A stretch of DNA of 64,000 nt from Pseudomonadota bacterium (GCA_023442085.1 JAEZMT010000085.1:302-64301); one strand, 5' to 3'; shown: positions 45,124 through 58,085, counted from the first letter of the stretch. Notes: a model not told the origin generated them from the letters alone. A program made the numbers and translations.

Positions 45124-45528
45124 TCAGGCCTGCTCCAGCTCCACCAGCGTTCCGTTGAAGTCCTTGGGATGAAGGAACAGCACCGGCTTGCCGTGGGCAC
45201 CGATCTTCGGCTCACCCGAGCCGAGCACGCGCGCACCGCTGGCCTTGAGCTGGTCGCGGGCGACGATGATGTCGTCGACCTCGTAGCACAGGTGGTGGAT
45301 GCCGCCGTCCGGATTGCGCTCCAGGAACTTGGCGATGGGCGAATCCGCGCCGAGGGGCTCCAGGAACTCGATCTTGGTGTTGGGCAGGGTCACGAACACC
45401 GTGGTCACCCCGTGCTCCACCTGCGGCACGGCGGCGGAGACTTCCGCGCCGAGGGTGTCGCGATAGAGCACCGAGGCGGCCGCGATGTCGCGCACCGCGA
45501 TGGCCACGTGATTGAGCCGTCCGATCAT
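45124..45528 (-). CDS. mce: Methylmalonyl-CoA epimerase
   Basis: LNHVAIAV, GGIHHLCYEV, GAHGKPVLFLHPKD, LVELEQ. Confidence 0.95.
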   Translation of the reverse strand: MIGRLNHVAIAVRDIAAASVLYRDTLGAEVSAAVPQVEHGVTTVFVTLPNTKIEFLEPLGADSPIAKFLERNPDGGIHHLCYEVDDIIVARDQLKASGARVLGSGEPKIGAHGKPVLFLHPKDFNGTLVELEQA

Positions 45529-45649
45529 GTTTCCCCTCCGGTTCGTCACCGATCCATAGCGCAAGGCGCAGCAGGGAGAAATACGGCCATTGGGCGCCCT
45601 CGGCTCAGCACCCGGCGCGCCGTTCGCCGCGCAGGGGTTGCTGCTGCCT

Positions 45650-45741
45650 CGCTCAGGCGCCGCGCGGGCTGTTTGGGCGCTGCTCCGCTCAGGCGCCGCG
45701 CGGGCTGTTGGGCGTTGCTCCGCTCAGGCGCCGCGCGGGCT
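45650..45741. repeat. Tandem repeat, ~2.6 copies of a 35-36-bp unit
   Basis: CGCTCAGGCGCCGCGCGGGCT at 45650, 45686 and 45721 with near-identical linkers. Confidence 0.85.
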
Positions 45742-45770
45742 TGGTCCGGCTCCTGCGCCTCCGGACAGGC

Positions 45771-47441
45771 TCACACCTCCAGCACGTGGACGTGGCAGAC
45801 GGGCTTCTTGCCCCAGGCTGCGTTCACGGCCGACCGCACCGCCCGCTCCAGGCTCTCGGCCAGCGCCTCGGGATCCCGGCGGCGGGCCTTGGGCAAATTG
45901 TCGAGGGTGGCGACCACGGTGTCGAGCACATGGTCCAGCATGTCGATGCCACCCTCCCCCCGCTCCGGCACGCCGGTGATCTCCACGGAGGGATCGCCCG
46001 CGAGGCCGCCCTGCTTGTTCACCGCCACGGCGATGGAGATGGCACCCACATAGCCCAGCTTGCGCCGCTCGGGGATGGCGCGCGCGCCCTCTGCGAGCAG
46101 CAGGCGGCCGTCCTTGTAGAGGCGGCCGAAGGGCACATCATCCACCCGCTCGGCCGGGCCGGGGGCGAGGCGGATGACGTTGCCGTCATAGCAATTCACC
46201 ACCTCCGGCACGCCCATGCGGCGGGCGAGCAGCGCGTGCTCATGCAGATGAAGCGCCTCGCCATGCACCGGGATCGCCACCTCGGGACGGATCATGCGGT
46301 ACATCTCCTCCAGTTCGCCCCGCCGAGGATGGCCGGAGACGTGGACGAGAGCGGTGCGATCGGTGATGACCTCCACGCCGCGCTTGATGAGCGCGTTGAC
46401 GATATGGTTCACCACCTTCTCGTTGCCGGGAATGGTGCGCGAGGAAAACACCACCTGGTCACCGGGCGACAGGGCGATTTCCGGATGGTCATCGTCGGCG
46501 ATGCGGCGCAGCGCGGCGCGCGGCTCGCCCTGGCTGCCGGTGAGGATGGCCACCACGCGCTCGCGCGGCAGGTATCCATAGGCATCCGCGCCGCGGAAGG
46601 CGGGAATGCCGTCCAGCAGCCCCTGCTCGCGGGCGACGCCGATGACGCGTTCCAGCGCCCGGCCCACCAGCACCACCTCGCGCCCGTTCGCGTGGGCCGC
46701 CTCGGCGATGGCGCGGATGCGCGCGACGTTGGAGGAGAAGGTCGTGAAGGCGATGCGGTGCTTCGCCTTGGCGACGATGCCCTTCAGCGAGGCCGCCACA
46801 TCCGACTCTGACGGCGAGATGCCATCGCGGATGGCGTTGGTGGAATCGCAAATGATGGCGCGCACACCCTCGTCGCCCAGCGCCTTCAGGCGGGCGATGT
46901 CGGTGGGCTCGCCGACGAGAGGCGTCGGGTCCAGCTTCCAATCGCCCGTATGCACCACCAGGCCCGCCTTGGTGCGGATGGCGAGGGCGTGGCTGTCCGG
47001 AATGGAGTGCGACACCGGCACGAATTCGACGCTGAACGGCCCGATCTGAACCGGCTGGCGCGCGCGCACCACCTCGATGGGCAGCTCGGAGGGGGCGCCC
47101 GGCTCCCCGGCGCGCTTCGCTTCCAGAAGGCCGGCGGTGAAGCGGGTGGTGTAGATGGGGCACTTCAGGCGCGGCCACAGGTCCAGCACCGCGCCGATAT
47201 GGTCCTCATGACCATGGGTCAGTACGAGGCCGGCGATCTTCTTGCGCTCCCCTTCGAGGAAACGGATGTCCGGCAACACCAGGTCGACGCCCGGCGCCTC
47301 CTCCCCCGCGAAGCTCATGCCGAGATCGACCACGAGCCATTCCCGCGCCTTCTTCGGGCCGAAGCCGTAGAGGCCGAGGTTCATTCCGATCTCGCCCACG
47401 CCGCCGAGGGGCGCGAAGACCAGTTCATCCGTGGGTGCCAT
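45771..47441 (-). CDS. rnj: Ribonuclease J
   Basis: PLGGVGEIGMN, THGHEDHIG, HSIPD, HVSGH, PVHGE. Confidence 0.95.
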   Translation of the reverse strand: MAPTDELVFAPLGGVGEIGMNLGLYGFGPKKAREWLVVDLGMSFAGEEAPGVDLVLPDIRFLEGERKKIAGLVLTHGHEDHIGAVLDLWPRLKCPIYTTRFTAGLLEAKRAGEPGAPSELPIEVVRARQPVQIGPFSVEFVPVSHSIPDSHALAIRTKAGLVVHTGDWKLDPTPLVGEPTDIARLKALGDEGVRAIICDSTNAIRDGISPSESDVAASLKGIVAKAKHRIAFTTFSSNVARIRAIAEAAHANGREVVLVGRALERVIGVAREQGLLDGIPAFRGADAYGYLPRERVVAILTGSQGEPRAALRRIADDDHPEIALSPGDQVVFSSRTIPGNEKVVNHIVNALIKRGVEVITDRTALVHVSGHPRRGELEEMYRMIRPEVAIPVHGEALHLHEHALLARRMGVPEVVNCYDGNVIRLAPGPAERVDDVPFGRLYKDGRLLLAEGARAIPERRKLGYVGAISIAVAVNKQGGLAGDPSVEITGVPERGEGGIDMLDHVLDTVVATLDNLPKARRRDPEALAESLERAVRSAVNAAWGKKPVCHVHVLEV

Positions 47442-47614
47442 CAGGGGGTCACTTCCAAACGCGGCGCCCGGCGCGCCGGCGCAAGCGGGTGCCGGCGAGC
47501 GCGTGACGCGCCAAACAGAAACAGCCCCGCGACGCGAGGCTCAGGAAAAGGCGGGCGGCCGTATGATGGGGTGCCGCCCCCGCAATGCAAGCCTTCCGCG
47601 CCCCTCCGCGACGA

Positions 47615-48382
47615 TCAGTCGGGCTTGCCGAGGGAGACATCGCCCGCGGTGATGATCTCGGCCACGCCGTCCCGACGCCGCAGCATCATGGCGCCGCGGG
47701 TGTCGATATTCTCGAAGCGCCCGACCACCTCACGCTCGCCGATCTTCACGCTGACCTGGTCACCCATGCCAAGCGCATGACGCATCCAGTCCGAGCGGAT
47801 GGCGGGGAAGCCGGCGCCAGCGTTCCACTGGTTGAGGCGGACCGCCATGGCGAGGTCGAGGGCCTCCAGCATCCGGTCGGGCGCGGTGGGCGCGCCGAGG
47901 GCTTCGAGGCTGGTCGCCTTGTAGGGCAGGTCCTCGGGATGGTGCAGGCAGTTGACGCCGAAGCCGATCACCGCCGCCGGGCGGCCGTTCGGGTCGGTGC
48001 CGCCTTCCACCAGGATACCCGCGACCTTGCCGCCGTCGATCAGAAGGTCGTTCGGCCATTTGAGCTTCATCTGCTCGGCAGCGATCTGCGGCGCGGCGGA
48101 GACCACCGCATCCCGCAGCGCGAGGCCGGCGACGAAGCAGAGCTGGGCGAGGTTCGCCACCGGCGCGGGATTGGGCAGCACCAAAGTGGCGAAGAGGTTG
48201 CCCAGCTCGGACGTCCACGGCCGGCCGCGGCGTCCCCGCCCGGCCGTCTGGATGTCAGACACCAGCCAGACCGGGAAGGTCTCGCCGCGCTGCAGGCGCG
48301 CCATCCCCTCGGCGTTGGTGGAGCCGATCTGGGTGAAGCGGACGATGGGAACCGTGGAACCCTGAAATTCGTAATGAGCCAT
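47615..48382 (-). CDS. birA: Biotin--[acetyl-CoA carboxylase] ligase
   Basis: GSTN, QTAGRGRRGRPW, KWPND, KVAGIL. Confidence 0.94.
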   Translation of the reverse strand: MAHYEFQGSTVPIVRFTQIGSTNAEGMARLQRGETFPVWLVSDIQTAGRGRRGRPWTSELGNLFATLVLPNPAPVANLAQLCFVAGLALRDAVVSAAPQIAAEQMKLKWPNDLLIDGGKVAGILVEGGTDPNGRPAAVIGFGVNCLHHPEDLPYKATSLEALGAPTAPDRMLEALDLAMAVRLNQWNAGAGFPAIRSDWMRHALGMGDQVSVKIGEREVVGRFENIDTRGAMMLRRRDGVAEIITAGDVSLGKPD

Positions 48383-48386
48383 CGTC

Positions 48387-49817
48387 TCAGAAGAGCGAAC
48401 GGGCAGCGGCACTCGCAGCCTCAATAAGAGGAGCGGGATAGACGAAATAGAAGATCGTGAAAAGGCCGCTTACCGCCAGAACCGCCTTCAGCTCGGTCGG
48501 CATAGGGTCGAAGGCATCCACCGGCTCGTCGAAATACATAATCTTGACGACCCGCAGGTAATAGAAGGCACCCACCACCGAGGCGAGCACGCCCACCACG
48601 GCGAGGCCGTAGAGGCCGGCCTGAATGGCGGCGACGAACACGTAATATTTGGCGAGGAAGCCCGCGAGCGGCGGAATGCCGGCGAGCGAGAACATGAGCG
48701 CGCCCAGCATCAGCGCCATCAGCGGATTGCGGCGCGCAAGACCGGCGAGGTCTTCCACCGTCTCCACGGCCTGGCCCTTGCGGCGCATGGTGAGCACGCA
48801 GGCGAAGGTGCCGAGCGTCATCACCAGATAGATGGCCATGTAGACCAGCACGCCGCGGACACCCTCGGTGGTGCCTGCGGCGAGGCCGACGAGGGCGAAG
48901 CCCATGTGGCCGATGGAGGAATAGGCGAGCAGTCGCTTGATGTTGCGCTGCCCGATGGCGGCGAAGGCGCCGAGCACCATGGAGGCGAGCGAGACGAAGG
49001 CGACGATCTGCTGCCACTGGTGGGAGACGTGCGGGAAGGCCTCGATCAGCACGCGCACGAAGATGGCCATGCCGGCGACCTTCGGCGCCGAGGCGAAGAA
49101 AGCGGTCACCGGGGTGGGCGCGCCTTCATAGACATCCGGCGTCCACATGTGGAACGGCACGGCCGACACCTTGAAGCACAGGCCCGCCACCAGAAACACT
49201 AGGCCGAAGATGAGGCCGATGCTCGGCTCCTTGGCCACGGCGGCGATCTGCAGGAAGTTAACCGAGCCGGTGAAGCCATAGATCAGCGAGGCGCCGTAGA
49301 GCAGCATGCCCGAGGAGAGCGCGCCGAGGACGAAATACTTCAGGCCCGCCTCGGTGGAGCGCACCGAGTCGCGGTTGATGGCGGCCACCACATAGAGCGA
49401 GAGGCTCATCAACTCGAGGCCGAGATAGAGGGCGATGAGGTCGCCGGCCGAGACCAGCATGAACATGCCGAGCGTGGCGATCACCACCAGCACCGCATAT
49501 TCGAACTTCGCCTGCTTCTCCCGCGCCTGCCAGTCCACCGACATGATGAGGGACACCAGCGCGCCGATGGACGCCAGCACCTTCATGAAGCGGCCGAAGG
49601 CGTCGATCTCCAGCGAACCGTTGAAGGCCGTGATTTCGGTGGCAGGCTGCAGCAGCACCAGCACGCCCGCCGCGGCGAGCACCGCGATGGCAAGCCCGGT
49701 GACCAGATTGGCCGAGCCCTCCCCGCGGAACGCGCCGATGAGGATCAGCACGATCGCCGAGACGGCGAGCACCAGTTCCGGCAGGACCGCGCCGAGGGGA
49801 GGCAGGAGCTGCGACAT
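48387..49817 (-). CDS. nuoN: NADH-quinone oxidoreductase subunit N
   Basis: [30 protein letters not shown]. Confidence 0.96.
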   Translation of the reverse strand: MSQLLPPLGAVLPELVLAVSAIVLILIGAFRGEGSANLVTGLAIAVLAAAGVLVLLQPATEITAFNGSLEIDAFGRFMKVLASIGALVSLIMSVDWQAREKQAKFEYAVLVVIATLGMFMLVSAGDLIALYLGLELMSLSLYVVAAINRDSVRSTEAGLKYFVLGALSSGMLLYGASLIYGFTGSVNFLQIAAVAKEPSIGLIFGLVFLVAGLCFKVSAVPFHMWTPDVYEGAPTPVTAFFASAPKVAGMAIFVRVLIEAFPHVSHQWQQIVAFVSLASMVLGAFAAIGQRNIKRLLAYSSIGHMGFALVGLAAGTTEGVRGVLVYMAIYLVMTLGTFACVLTMRRKGQAVETVEDLAGLARRNPLMALMLGALMFSLAGIPPLAGFLAKYYVFVAAIQAGLYGLAVVGVLASVVGAFYYLRVVKIMYFDEPVDAFDPMPTELKAVLAVSGLFTIFYFVYPAPLIEAASAAARSLF

Positions 49818-49833
49818 GAGGCGTCCTCGAAAA

Positions 49834-51345
49834 TCAGAAGCTCAGCAGCAGGGCGGTCTTCACCGCGCCCGCCACGGAATCGGTGCGCGCGACGACCGCG
49901 TTCACCGCATGGGATGTCATGTTGAGGATGGGCGCGGGCCACACGCCAAACAGGATGGTGAGGATCACCAGCGGCACCATGATGACGATCTCGCGGGGCG
50001 AGAGGTCGGCCATGGACTTCAGCTTCTCCTTCTCCAGCGGGCCAAACACCACGCGCCAGTAGAGCCAGAGCGCGTAGGCCGCCGAGAAGATGACGCCGGT
50101 GGCCGCGAAGAAGGCGACCCAGGTGTTGCGCTCGAAGGCGGCGAGCATGGTAAGGAATTCGCCGACGAAGCCCGAGGTGCCCGGCAGGCCCACGTTCGCC
50201 ATGGTGAATACCATCAGCACAGTCGCGTAGAGCGGCATGCGCTTCACGAGGCCGCCATAGGCGGCGATCTCGCGAGTGTGCAGCCGGTCGTAGATGACGC
50301 CCACGCACAGGAACAGCGCGCCCGAGACGAATCCATGGGAGATCATGAGGAACATGGCGCCCTGGAGGCCCTGCTCATTCATGGCGAAGATGCCCATCGT
50401 CACGAAGCCCATGTGGGCGATGGACGAATAGGCGATCAGCTTCTTGATGTCCTCCTGCACCAGCGCGACGAGCGAGGTGTAGATGATGGCCACCACCGAC
50501 AGGGTGAACACCATAGGCGCGAAATAGTGGCTCGCCTCCGGGAACATGGGCAGCGAGAAGCGCAGGAAGCCGTAGCCGCCCATCTTCAGCAGCACGCCCG
50601 CCAGGATCACCGAGCCGGCGGTGGGTGCCTCCACGTGGGCGTCGGGCAGCCAGGTGTGCACCGGCCACATGGGCATCTTCACCGCGAAGGAGGCGAAGAA
50701 GGCGAGCCAGAGCCAGTACTGCATGCCCGACGGGAAGCCGAACTGCATCAGGGTGGGCACGTCCGTGGTCCCGGCCTTCCAGTACATGGCCATGATGGCG
50801 AGCATCATCAGCACGGAGCCGGCCAGCGTGTAGAGGAAGAACTTGAAGGCCGCGTAGATGCGGCGCGGCCCGCCCCACACGCCGATGATGAGGAACATCG
50901 GGATGAGGCCGCCCTCGAAGAAGAAGTAGAAGAGGACGAGATCGAGGGCCGTGAAGGTGCCGAGCATCATCGTCTCGAGCACCAGGAAGGCGATCATGTA
51001 TTCCTTCACGCGCTTATGCACGCTCTCCCAGGAGGCGAGGATGCAGAAGGGCATGAGGAAGGTGGTGAGGATAACGAAGGGCAGCGAGATGCCGTCCACG
51101 CCCATGTGGTAGGACGCGAGATCGCCGAGCCACGCCTTCTTCTCCACGAACTGGAAGCCGGGGGCGGACGCATCGAAGCCCGGCAGCAGCAGCAGCGACA
51201 CCAGGAAGGTGACAAGCGTGGTCCACAGCGCGACCCAGCGGGCGTTGCGCGCGGACACCTCGTCGTCGCCCCGCACCACGAAGATGAAGAGCGCCCCGAC
51301 CAGCGGCAGGAAGGTGACGACGGAGAGGATGGGCCAGTCGGTCAT
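49834..51345 (-). CDS. nuoM: NADH-quinone oxidoreductase subunit M
   Basis: [25 protein letters not shown]. Confidence 0.96.
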   Translation of the reverse strand: MTDWPILSVVTFLPLVGALFIFVVRGDDEVSARNARWVALWTTLVTFLVSLLLLPGFDASAPGFQFVEKKAWLGDLASYHMGVDGISLPFVILTTFLMPFCILASWESVHKRVKEYMIAFLVLETMMLGTFTALDLVLFYFFFEGGLIPMFLIIGVWGGPRRIYAAFKFFLYTLAGSVLMMLAIMAMYWKAGTTDVPTLMQFGFPSGMQYWLWLAFFASFAVKMPMWPVHTWLPDAHVEAPTAGSVILAGVLLKMGGYGFLRFSLPMFPEASHYFAPMVFTLSVVAIIYTSLVALVQEDIKKLIAYSSIAHMGFVTMGIFAMNEQGLQGAMFLMISHGFVSGALFLCVGVIYDRLHTREIAAYGGLVKRMPLYATVLMVFTMANVGLPGTSGFVGEFLTMLAAFERNTWVAFFAATGVIFSAAYALWLYWRVVFGPLEKEKLKSMADLSPREIVIMVPLVILTILFGVWPAPILNMTSHAVNAVVARTDSVAGAVKTALLLSF

Positions 51346-51347
51346 CG

Positions 51348-53273
51348 TCACACTCCGGCGAACATGAACCAGGTGATGAGGGCCGCGACGCCGATCAGCA
51401 TCACGAAGGCGTAGTGGTAGAGGTAGCCGGTCTGCAGCCGCACCACCCCACGGGTGATGTCGAGCACGCGGGCGGAGACGCCATCCGGGCCCAGCCCGTC
51501 GATGATGGTGCCGTCACCGCGCTTCCACAGGGTGCGGCCGAGCCAGAGCGTCGGGCGCACGAAGAGGAAGTTGTAGATCTCGTCGAAGTACCACTTGTTC
51601 AGCAGGAAATGGTACAGCGCGTCCTGCGACTTCGCGAGTTGCGCCGGCACCTTCGGGTTCACGATGTAGAACCAGATGGCGAACAGCGAGCCCACCACCA
51701 TCATCACCGTGGGAGCGAAGGCCGCCCAGCCGGGGATGTCGTGCATGGCGTGCAGGATGTGGTTCTCCGCGCCCATGAAGATGGAGTGGCGGAAGAAGTG
51801 CTCCACGCCCTCGCCCACGAAGATGTTCTTGAAGGCGAGGCCGGCGAACAGCGCGCCCAGCGAGAGCACGCCGAGCGGAATGGTCATTACCAGCGGGCTT
51901 TCGTGCGCGGCCTCATAATGATGATGGTCGTGCGGGTGACCCCAGAAGGTCATGAAGATGAGGCGCCAGGAGTAGAAGGCGGTGAGCGCCGCGGCGATCA
52001 CGGTCATCCAGTAGCCGTAGACGTGGAAATAGTTGTGGCTCGCATAGGCCGCCTCGATGATGGCGTCCTTCGAGTAATAGCCGGCGAGGAACGGAAAGCC
52101 GGTGATGGCCAGCGTGCCGATCACCATCGTCCAGTAGGTGAAGGGGATCTTCTTCCGCAGGCCGCCCATGTGCCGCATGTCCTGCTCATGGTGCATGGCG
52201 TGGATGACCGAGCCGGCACCGAGGAAGAGCAGCGCCTTGAAGAAGGCGTGCGTCAGCAGGTGGAACATGCCGATGGAATAGGCCCCCGCGCCCATGGCCA
52301 CGAACATGTAGCCAAGCTGGGAGCAGGTGGAATAGGCGATCACCTTCTTGATGTCGTTCTGCACCAGGCCGACGGTGGCGGCGAAGAAGGCGGTTGTCGC
52401 GCCCACCAGCATCACCACGTTGAGCGCGGTCTGCGACAATTCGAAGATGGGCGACATGCGCGCCACCATGAACACGCCAGCGGTCACCATGGTGGCGGCG
52501 TGGATGAGGGCGGAGACCGGCGTCGGGCCTTCCATCGCGTCCGGCAGCCAGGTGTGCAGCAGGAACTGGGCCGACTTGCCGCACGCGCCGACGAACAACA
52601 GCAGCGCGATGACGGTCGGCGCATCCCAATTGTGGCCGAGGAAGGAGATGGTCTTGCCGGCAAGGCCCGGAGCGGCGGCGAAAACCTCCTCGAAGGCGAT
52701 GGAGCCGGTCATCACGAAGATGGCGAAGATGCCCAGCATGAAGCCGAAGTCGCCCACGCGGTTCACCACGAAGGCCTTCATGGCCGCCGCGTTCGCGGAG
52801 GGCTTCTCGTACCAGAAGCCGATGAGCAGATAGGAGGCGAGGCCCACGCCCTCCCAGCCGAAGAACAGCTGGAGCAAATTGTCCGCCGTCACCAGCATGA
52901 GCATGGCGAAGGTGAACAGCGAGAGATAGGCGAAGAAGCGCGGCCGGCTCGGATCCTCGTGCATGTAGCCGATGGAGTAGAGATGGACGAGCGACGACAC
53001 GGTAGTGACGACGATCAGCATGATCACCGTCATGGTGTCGATGCGGAACGCCCAGTCGACCTTGAGGTCGCCCACATAGATCCACTTCATCACCTGCACG
53101 CGGGTGTCGTGGTCGCCGAAGCCGACCGCGAAGAAGGCGATCCAGGCGAGCAGGCACGCGACGAACAGGAACGAGGTGGTCACCACCTCGCTGGCGCGGT
53201 CGCCGATCTTCTTGCCGAACAGGCCGGCGATGAGGAAGCCGAGAAGGGGGAGGAAGACAATCGCCTGATACAT
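51348..53273 (-). CDS. nuoL: NADH-quinone oxidoreductase subunit L
   Basis: [32 protein letters not shown]. Confidence 0.97.
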   Translation of the reverse strand: MYQAIVFLPLLGFLIAGLFGKKIGDRASEVVTTSFLFVACLLAWIAFFAVGFGDHDTRVQVMKWIYVGDLKVDWAFRIDTMTVIMLIVVTTVSSLVHLYSIGYMHEDPSRPRFFAYLSLFTFAMLMLVTADNLLQLFFGWEGVGLASYLLIGFWYEKPSANAAAMKAFVVNRVGDFGFMLGIFAIFVMTGSIAFEEVFAAAPGLAGKTISFLGHNWDAPTVIALLLFVGACGKSAQFLLHTWLPDAMEGPTPVSALIHAATMVTAGVFMVARMSPIFELSQTALNVVMLVGATTAFFAATVGLVQNDIKKVIAYSTCSQLGYMFVAMGAGAYSIGMFHLLTHAFFKALLFLGAGSVIHAMHHEQDMRHMGGLRKKIPFTYWTMVIGTLAITGFPFLAGYYSKDAIIEAAYASHNYFHVYGYWMTVIAAALTAFYSWRLIFMTFWGHPHDHHHYEAAHESPLVMTIPLGVLSLGALFAGLAFKNIFVGEGVEHFFRHSIFMGAENHILHAMHDIPGWAAFAPTVMMVVGSLFAIWFYIVNPKVPAQLAKSQDALYHFLLNKWYFDEIYNFLFVRPTLWLGRTLWKRGDGTIIDGLGPDGVSARVLDITRGVVRLQTGYLYHYAFVMLIGVAALITWFMFAGV

Positions 53274-53277
53274 GGCC

Positions 53278-53592
53278 TCAGCCCTTCATGGCGTTGATGT
53301 CCTCGACGGCGATCGAACCGCGGTTGCGGTAGAACACCACGAGGATGGCGAGGCCGATGGCCGCCTCGGCTGCGGCGACGGTGAGCACGAGCAGCGCGAA
53401 CACCTGGCCCGTCAGGTTCCCGAGGAAGGCGGAGAACGAGACGAGGTTGATGTTCACGGCGAGCAGGATCAGCTCCACCGACATGAGGATGACGATGACG
53501 TTCTTCCGGTTGAGGAAGATGCCGAGCGTCCCGAGCGTGAACAGGATCGCCGCGACGGTCAGATAGTGGGAGAGACCGATGTCCATGCCCAT
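53278..53592 (-). CDS. nuoK: NADH-quinone oxidoreductase subunit K
   Basis: [23 protein letters not shown]. Confidence 0.96.
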   Translation of the reverse strand: MGMDIGLSHYLTVAAILFTLGTLGIFLNRKNVIVILMSVELILLAVNINLVSFSAFLGNLTGQVFALLVLTVAAAEAAIGLAILVVFYRNRGSIAVEDINAMKG

Positions 53593-53597
53593 CCCCC

Positions 53598-54206
53598 TCA
53601 GAGGCCCTGGCCGGGACGCACCTTCACCACCTCGATGGTGGAGGAGCGCGTCACCTGAGCCGTGATGTTCTGCCGGCGCACGTTCACCTTGTGGCGCAGC
53701 GTGAGCACGATGGCGCCGATCATGGCGACGAGCAGCACGAAGCCGGCGGCCTGGAAGAAGTAGATGTAATCTGTGTAGAGCACCGCCGCGATGGCGCGCA
53801 CGTTGCTCTCGCTGGCGATGCCGCCCGGCGCGGACTGGACCGCGGAGGCGACGCCGGGGCCGGTCGCCCAGGCGCCCACCACCAGCACCAGCTCGGCGAG
53901 GAAGATGAGGCCCACCACCACGCCCACCGGCAGATATTGCAGGAAGCCCTGGCGCAGCTCCACGAAGTCCACGTCGAGCATCATCACGACAAAGAGGAAG
54001 AGCACCGCCACCGCGCCCACATAGACCACCACCAGGATCAGCGCGAGGAACTCGGCGCCGATGAGGATGAAGAGGCCCGCCGCGTTCACGAACGCGAGGA
54101 TGAGGAACAGAACCGACTGCACCGGGTTGCGGGAGGAGATCACCATGAAGGCGGACGCCACCAGCACGAAGGCGAAGAGATAGAAAAACGCTGCCGCGAC
54201 GCTCAT
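53598..54206 (-). CDS. nuoJ: NADH-quinone oxidoreductase subunit J
   Basis: [25 protein letters not shown]. Confidence 0.96.
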   Translation of the reverse strand: MSVAAAFFYLFAFVLVASAFMVISSRNPVQSVLFLILAFVNAAGLFILIGAEFLALILVVVYVGAVAVLFLFVVMMLDVDFVELRQGFLQYLPVGVVVGLIFLAELVLVVGAWATGPGVASAVQSAPGGIASESNVRAIAAVLYTDYIYFFQAAGFVLLVAMIGAIVLTLRHKVNVRRQNITAQVTRSSTIEVVKVRPGQGL

Positions 54207-54404
54207 GCGCGTAGCCCCCCTGCCCGCGGCGCGCCCGCGCCGGTCATGTCCGGCCCCGCAAGGCGGCCGGCCCCTGTGATGTCCTGACGCATCCCGAAAA
54301 CCCGACGCATCCCGAAAGTCCGATCTTGGGCGCCGCGCGTTGCCGCACGTCGCCGGTCCCGTTCCAGAAGACCGGCAGGATGCCGGCCGTGTTCCTTTCG
54401 CCGC

Positions 54405-54893
54405 TCAGCGATAGGGCGCGTCGAGCGCGATGGACCGCGCGATCTCGCGCTCCCACCGGTCGCCGTTCGCGAGCAGCTTTTCCTTGTCGTAATAGAGTTC
54501 CTCGCGCGTCTCGGTGGCGAACTCGAAGTTCGGCCCCTCGACGATGGCATCCACCGGGCACGCCTCCTGGCAGAAGCCGCAATAGATGCACTTCACCATG
54601 TCGATGTCGTAACGCGTGGTGCGGCGGGTGCCGTCGTTGCGGCGCGGGCCGGCCTCGATGGTGATGGCCTGTGCCGGGCAGATGGCCTCGCACAGCTTGC
54701 AGGCGATGCAGCGCTCTTCCCCGTTGGGATAGCGGCGCAGGGCATGCTCGCCGCGGAAGCGCGGCGAGAGCGGGCCCTTCTCGAAGGGATAGTTCAGCGT
54801 CGCCTTGGGCTTGAAGAAGTAGCGCATGGCGAGGAAGAAGCCCGAGACGAGCTCGGTGAGAAAGATGGCGCGCGCGGCCTGATCGAGCTTCAC
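54405..54893 (-). CDS. nuoI: NADH-quinone oxidoreductase subunit I
   Basis: [24 protein letters not shown]. Confidence 0.97.
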   Translation of the reverse strand: MKLDQAARAIFLTELVSGFFLAMRYFFKPKATLNYPFEKGPLSPRFRGEHALRRYPNGEERCIACKLCEAICPAQAITIEAGPRRNDGTRRTTRYDIDMVKCIYCGFCQEACPVDAIVEGPNFEFATETREELYYDKEKLLANGDRWEREIARSIALDAPYR

Positions 54894-54936
54894 AGGCGCT
54901 CTCCCCGAAGGCTGTGCGAAAGGGCGGAAGGAACGG

Positions 54937-55956
54937 TCATTGCGGCGCCGTCCCGGTGAAGTGCAGCACGCCCGCGACCACCACGACGGCGACGAGGGAG
55001 ATCGGCAGGAACACCTTCCAGCCGAGCCGCATGAGCTGGTCGTAGCGATAGCGGGGCACCATGGCCTTGGCCATGGCGAACAGGAAGAACATGAAGCAGA
55101 GCTTGATGACGAACCACACCAGCCCCGGCACCCAGGTGAAGGGCGCGAACGGGATGGGCGACAGCCAGCCGCCGAGGAACAGGATGGTCCCCATGGCGCA
55201 CATGGTCATGATGGCCACGTACTCGCCCAGCATGAACAGCAGATAGGGGGTCGAGCCGTATTCCGTCATGAAGCCCGCCACCAGCTCCGATTCCGCTTCC
55301 ACGAGATCGAAGGGCGGACGGTTCGTCTCGGCCAGCGCCGATACGAAGAAGATGACGAACATGGGCAGCAGCGGCAGCCAGTACCAGCCGAGGAAGCCTA
55401 AGCGGCTGTTCTGCGCCTCGACGATCTCCGACAGGTTCAGCGAGCCGGCACACATCAGCACGGTGATGATGACGAAGCCGATGGAGACCTCGTAGGACAC
55501 CATCTGCGCCGCAGAGCGGAGCGCGGCCAGGAATGGATACTTCGAGTTGGAAGCCCAGCCGCCCATGATGATGCCGTACACGCCGAGCGACGAGATGGCG
55601 AAGATGTAGAGCACGCCGACGTTGAGGTCCGCGATCACCCAGCCCGGCGCGATGGGCACCACTGCCCAGGCGGCAAGCGCGAGCACGCAGGTGACGAGCG
55701 GGGCGAGCAGGAAGATCGCCTTGTTGGAGCCCGACGGGATGGTCGGCTCCTTCAGCACGAACTTCAGAAGGTCGGCGAAGGATTGCAGGAGGCCGAACGG
55801 CCCCACCACGTTGGGGCCGCGGCGCAGCTGCACCGCCGCCCAGATCTTGCGGTCCGCCAGCAGGATGAAGGCGATGAAGATCAGGAGCGCCACGAGCAGC
55901 GCGAGGCTCTGCCCGAGGATGATGAGCACCTGGATGAGGGTGTCCTGCCAGTTCAT
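54937..55956 (-). CDS. nuoH: NADH-quinone oxidoreductase subunit H
   Basis: [28 protein letters not shown]; start MNWQD at 55956. Confidence 0.96.
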   Translation of the reverse strand: MNWQDTLIQVLIILGQSLALLVALLIFIAFILLADRKIWAAVQLRRGPNVVGPFGLLQSFADLLKFVLKEPTIPSGSNKAIFLLAPLVTCVLALAAWAVVPIAPGWVIADLNVGVLYIFAISSLGVYGIIMGGWASNSKYPFLAALRSAAQMVSYEVSIGFVIITVLMCAGSLNLSEIVEAQNSRLGFLGWYWLPLLPMFVIFFVSALAETNRPPFDLVEAESELVAGFMTEYGSTPYLLFMLGEYVAIMTMCAMGTILFLGGWLSPIPFAPFTWVPGLVWFVIKLCFMFFLFAMAKAMVPRYRYDQLMRLGWKVFLPISLVAVVVVAGVLHFTGTAPQ

Positions 55957-56006
55957 GTCCGCGTTTCCGTGAAGCTCGCAGCCGTCCGGTTCACCGTGCC
56001 CATTGC

Positions 56007-58085
56007 CTACTCCGCCGCTTCCGCCGCCGCCGCAAGGCGCAGCGCGGAGCATTCGGCCATCACGGCGGAAGCCCGCGCGATGGGGTTGGTGAGGAAGAAG
56101 TCCTCGATCACCGGCGCGAACGCCGCCTTGTCCACGCTGCCGCCAGCGCCGGCAAGGGTCGCCACCGCGCCCGCGTCCGTCACCGCCGCCTCGTCGATAT
56201 GGCCGAGGTGGGGATAGGCCGAAACGAGCTGGGCGCGCAGCGCCTGCATGTTGTCGAAGGGCAGGGTCTGGCCCAGCACCTCGGACAGCGCCCGCAGGAT
56301 CGCCCAGTCCTCGCGCGCCTCGCCGGGCGGGAAGGCGGCGCGGTTGGCGAACTGCACCCGGCCTTCCGTGTTCACATAGATGCCCGACTTCTCGGGATAG
56401 GCCGCGCCGGGCAGGATCACGTCCGCTCGGTGGGCGCCGCGATCGCCATGGGTGCCGAGATAGACGACGAAGGCGCCGGGGGCGACCTCCACCTCGTCCG
56501 CACCCATCAGGAAGGCCACGTCCAGCGCGCCGGGGGCGGTCATGGCCGCAACGTCCAGCCCGCCGGGGCCGGGAACCGCGCCCATATCGAGTGCACCGAC
56601 GCGGGAAGCCGCGGTGTGCAGCACGCCGAAGCCGTTCCAGCCGTCCTTCACCGCGCCCACCGCCACCGCCACGCGGGCGGCGAGCGACAGAACCGCCGCG
56701 CCATCCGGCCGCGCCAGCGCGCCCTGGCCAACGATGACAAGCGGCCGCTCGGCCTTGCGCAGGATATCCCCGAAGGCGGACGCGCCGGCGAGGTCGGCGA
56801 GGCTGTCGGGGCCGGCGCCGAGATAGTCGTAGGCGTAGGTGAGATCCACCTTGGCGCCGACGAGGCCGATCTTCAGCCCGCCCTGACGCCACCGCTTGCG
56901 GATGCGCGCATTGATAACGGACGCCTCATGCCGCGGGTCGGTGCCCACGAGGAGGATGGCGTCGGCCTGCTCGATGCCGGCGATGGTGGGGTTGAACACA
57001 TACGTCGCGCGGCCGAGCGTCGGATCGAGCTTCGCGCCATCCTGGCGCGCGTCGATGTTGGCGGAGCCGAGCTTGCCGATCAGCGTCTTGAGGGCGAACA
57101 CCTCTTCCACGCTGGCGAGATCGCCGATGATCGCGCCGACCTTGGCGGGCGTGGTGCCCTTCACCTTGGCGGCGATGGCGGCGAACGCCTCGCTCCAGGA
57201 GGCCGGGGTCAGGCGGCCGTCCTTGCGCACATAAGGCCGGTCGAGCCGCTGGACCTTGAGGCCGTCCCACACATAGCGGGACTTGTCGGAGATCCACTCC
57301 TCGTTCACGAGGTCATTGTTGCGCGGCAGGATGCGCATGACCTCGCGGCCGCGGGTGTCGATGCGGATGTTGGAGCCCACCGCATCCATGACATCGATGG
57401 ATTCGGTCTTGATGAGCTCCCACGGCCGGGCGTGGAACTGGTAAGGCTTGTGAGTCAGCGCGCCCACCGGGCAGAGGTCCGCCACATTGCCCTGCATCTC
57501 CGAGCGCATGGCGTGCTCGAGATAGGTGGTGATCTCCATGTCCTCGCCGCGGCCGATGGCGCCGAGGTCCGGCACGCCGGCGACTTCGGTGGAGAAGCGC
57601 ACGCAGCGGGTGCACTGGATGCACCGGTTCATGGAGGTCTTGACCAGCGGTCCGATGTACTTGTCTTCCACGGCCCGCTTGTTCTCGGCGAAGCGCGAGG
57701 TGTCCGCGCCGTAGGCCATGGCCTGGTCCTGCAGGTCGCACTCGCCGCCCTGGTCGCAGATCGGGCAATCCAGCGGGTGGTTGATGAGCAGGAACTCCAT
57801 CACCCCTTCGCGGGCCTTCTTCACCATGGGGCTCTTGGTGAGCACCACGGGCGGCTCGCCGTTGGGGCCGGGGCGCAGGTCCTTCACCGCCATGGCGCAG
57901 GAGGCGGTGGGCTTGGGCGGCCCGCCCTTCACTTCCACCAGGCACATGCGGCAGTTGCCGGCAATCGACAGCCGTTCATGGAAGCAGAAGCGCGGAATCT
58001 CGACGCCCGCCGCCTCGCACGCCTGAAGCAGCGTGTACTCGGCAGGTACATCGACCTCGGTTCCGTCGACGACGATCTTCGCCAT
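56007..58085 (-). CDS. nuoG: NADH-quinone oxidoreductase subunit G
   Basis: [29 protein letters not shown]; start MAKIVV at 58085. Confidence 0.96.
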   Translation of the reverse strand: MAKIVVDGTEVDVPAEYTLLQACEAAGVEIPRFCFHERLSIAGNCRMCLVEVKGGPPKPTASCAMAVKDLRPGPNGEPPVVLTKSPMVKKAREGVMEFLLINHPLDCPICDQGGECDLQDQAMAYGADTSRFAENKRAVEDKYIGPLVKTSMNRCIQCTRCVRFSTEVAGVPDLGAIGRGEDMEITTYLEHAMRSEMQGNVADLCPVGALTHKPYQFHARPWELIKTESIDVMDAVGSNIRIDTRGREVMRILPRNNDLVNEEWISDKSRYVWDGLKVQRLDRPYVRKDGRLTPASWSEAFAAIAAKVKGTTPAKVGAIIGDLASVEEVFALKTLIGKLGSANIDARQDGAKLDPTLGRATYVFNPTIAGIEQADAILLVGTDPRHEASVINARIRKRWRQGGLKIGLVGAKVDLTYAYDYLGAGPDSLADLAGASAFGDILRKAERPLVIVGQGALARPDGAAVLSLAARVAVAVGAVKDGWNGFGVLHTAASRVGALDMGAVPGPGGLDVAAMTAPGALDVAFLMGADEVEVAPGAFVVYLGTHGDRGAHRADVILPGAAYPEKSGIYVNTEGRVQFANRAAFPPGEAREDWAILRALSEVLGQTLPFDNMQALRAQLVSAYPHLGHIDEAAVTDAGAVATLAGAGGSVDKAAFAPVIEDFFLTNPIARASAVMAECSALRLAAAAEAAE

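Noticed and set aside
45650..45741. CRISPR array
   Set aside because: Linkers are near-identical and only ~15 bp; no cas genes
54203..54550. Extra gene between nuoI and nuoJ
   Set aside because: Overlaps nuoI, low-complexity translation, no recognisable RBS or motif
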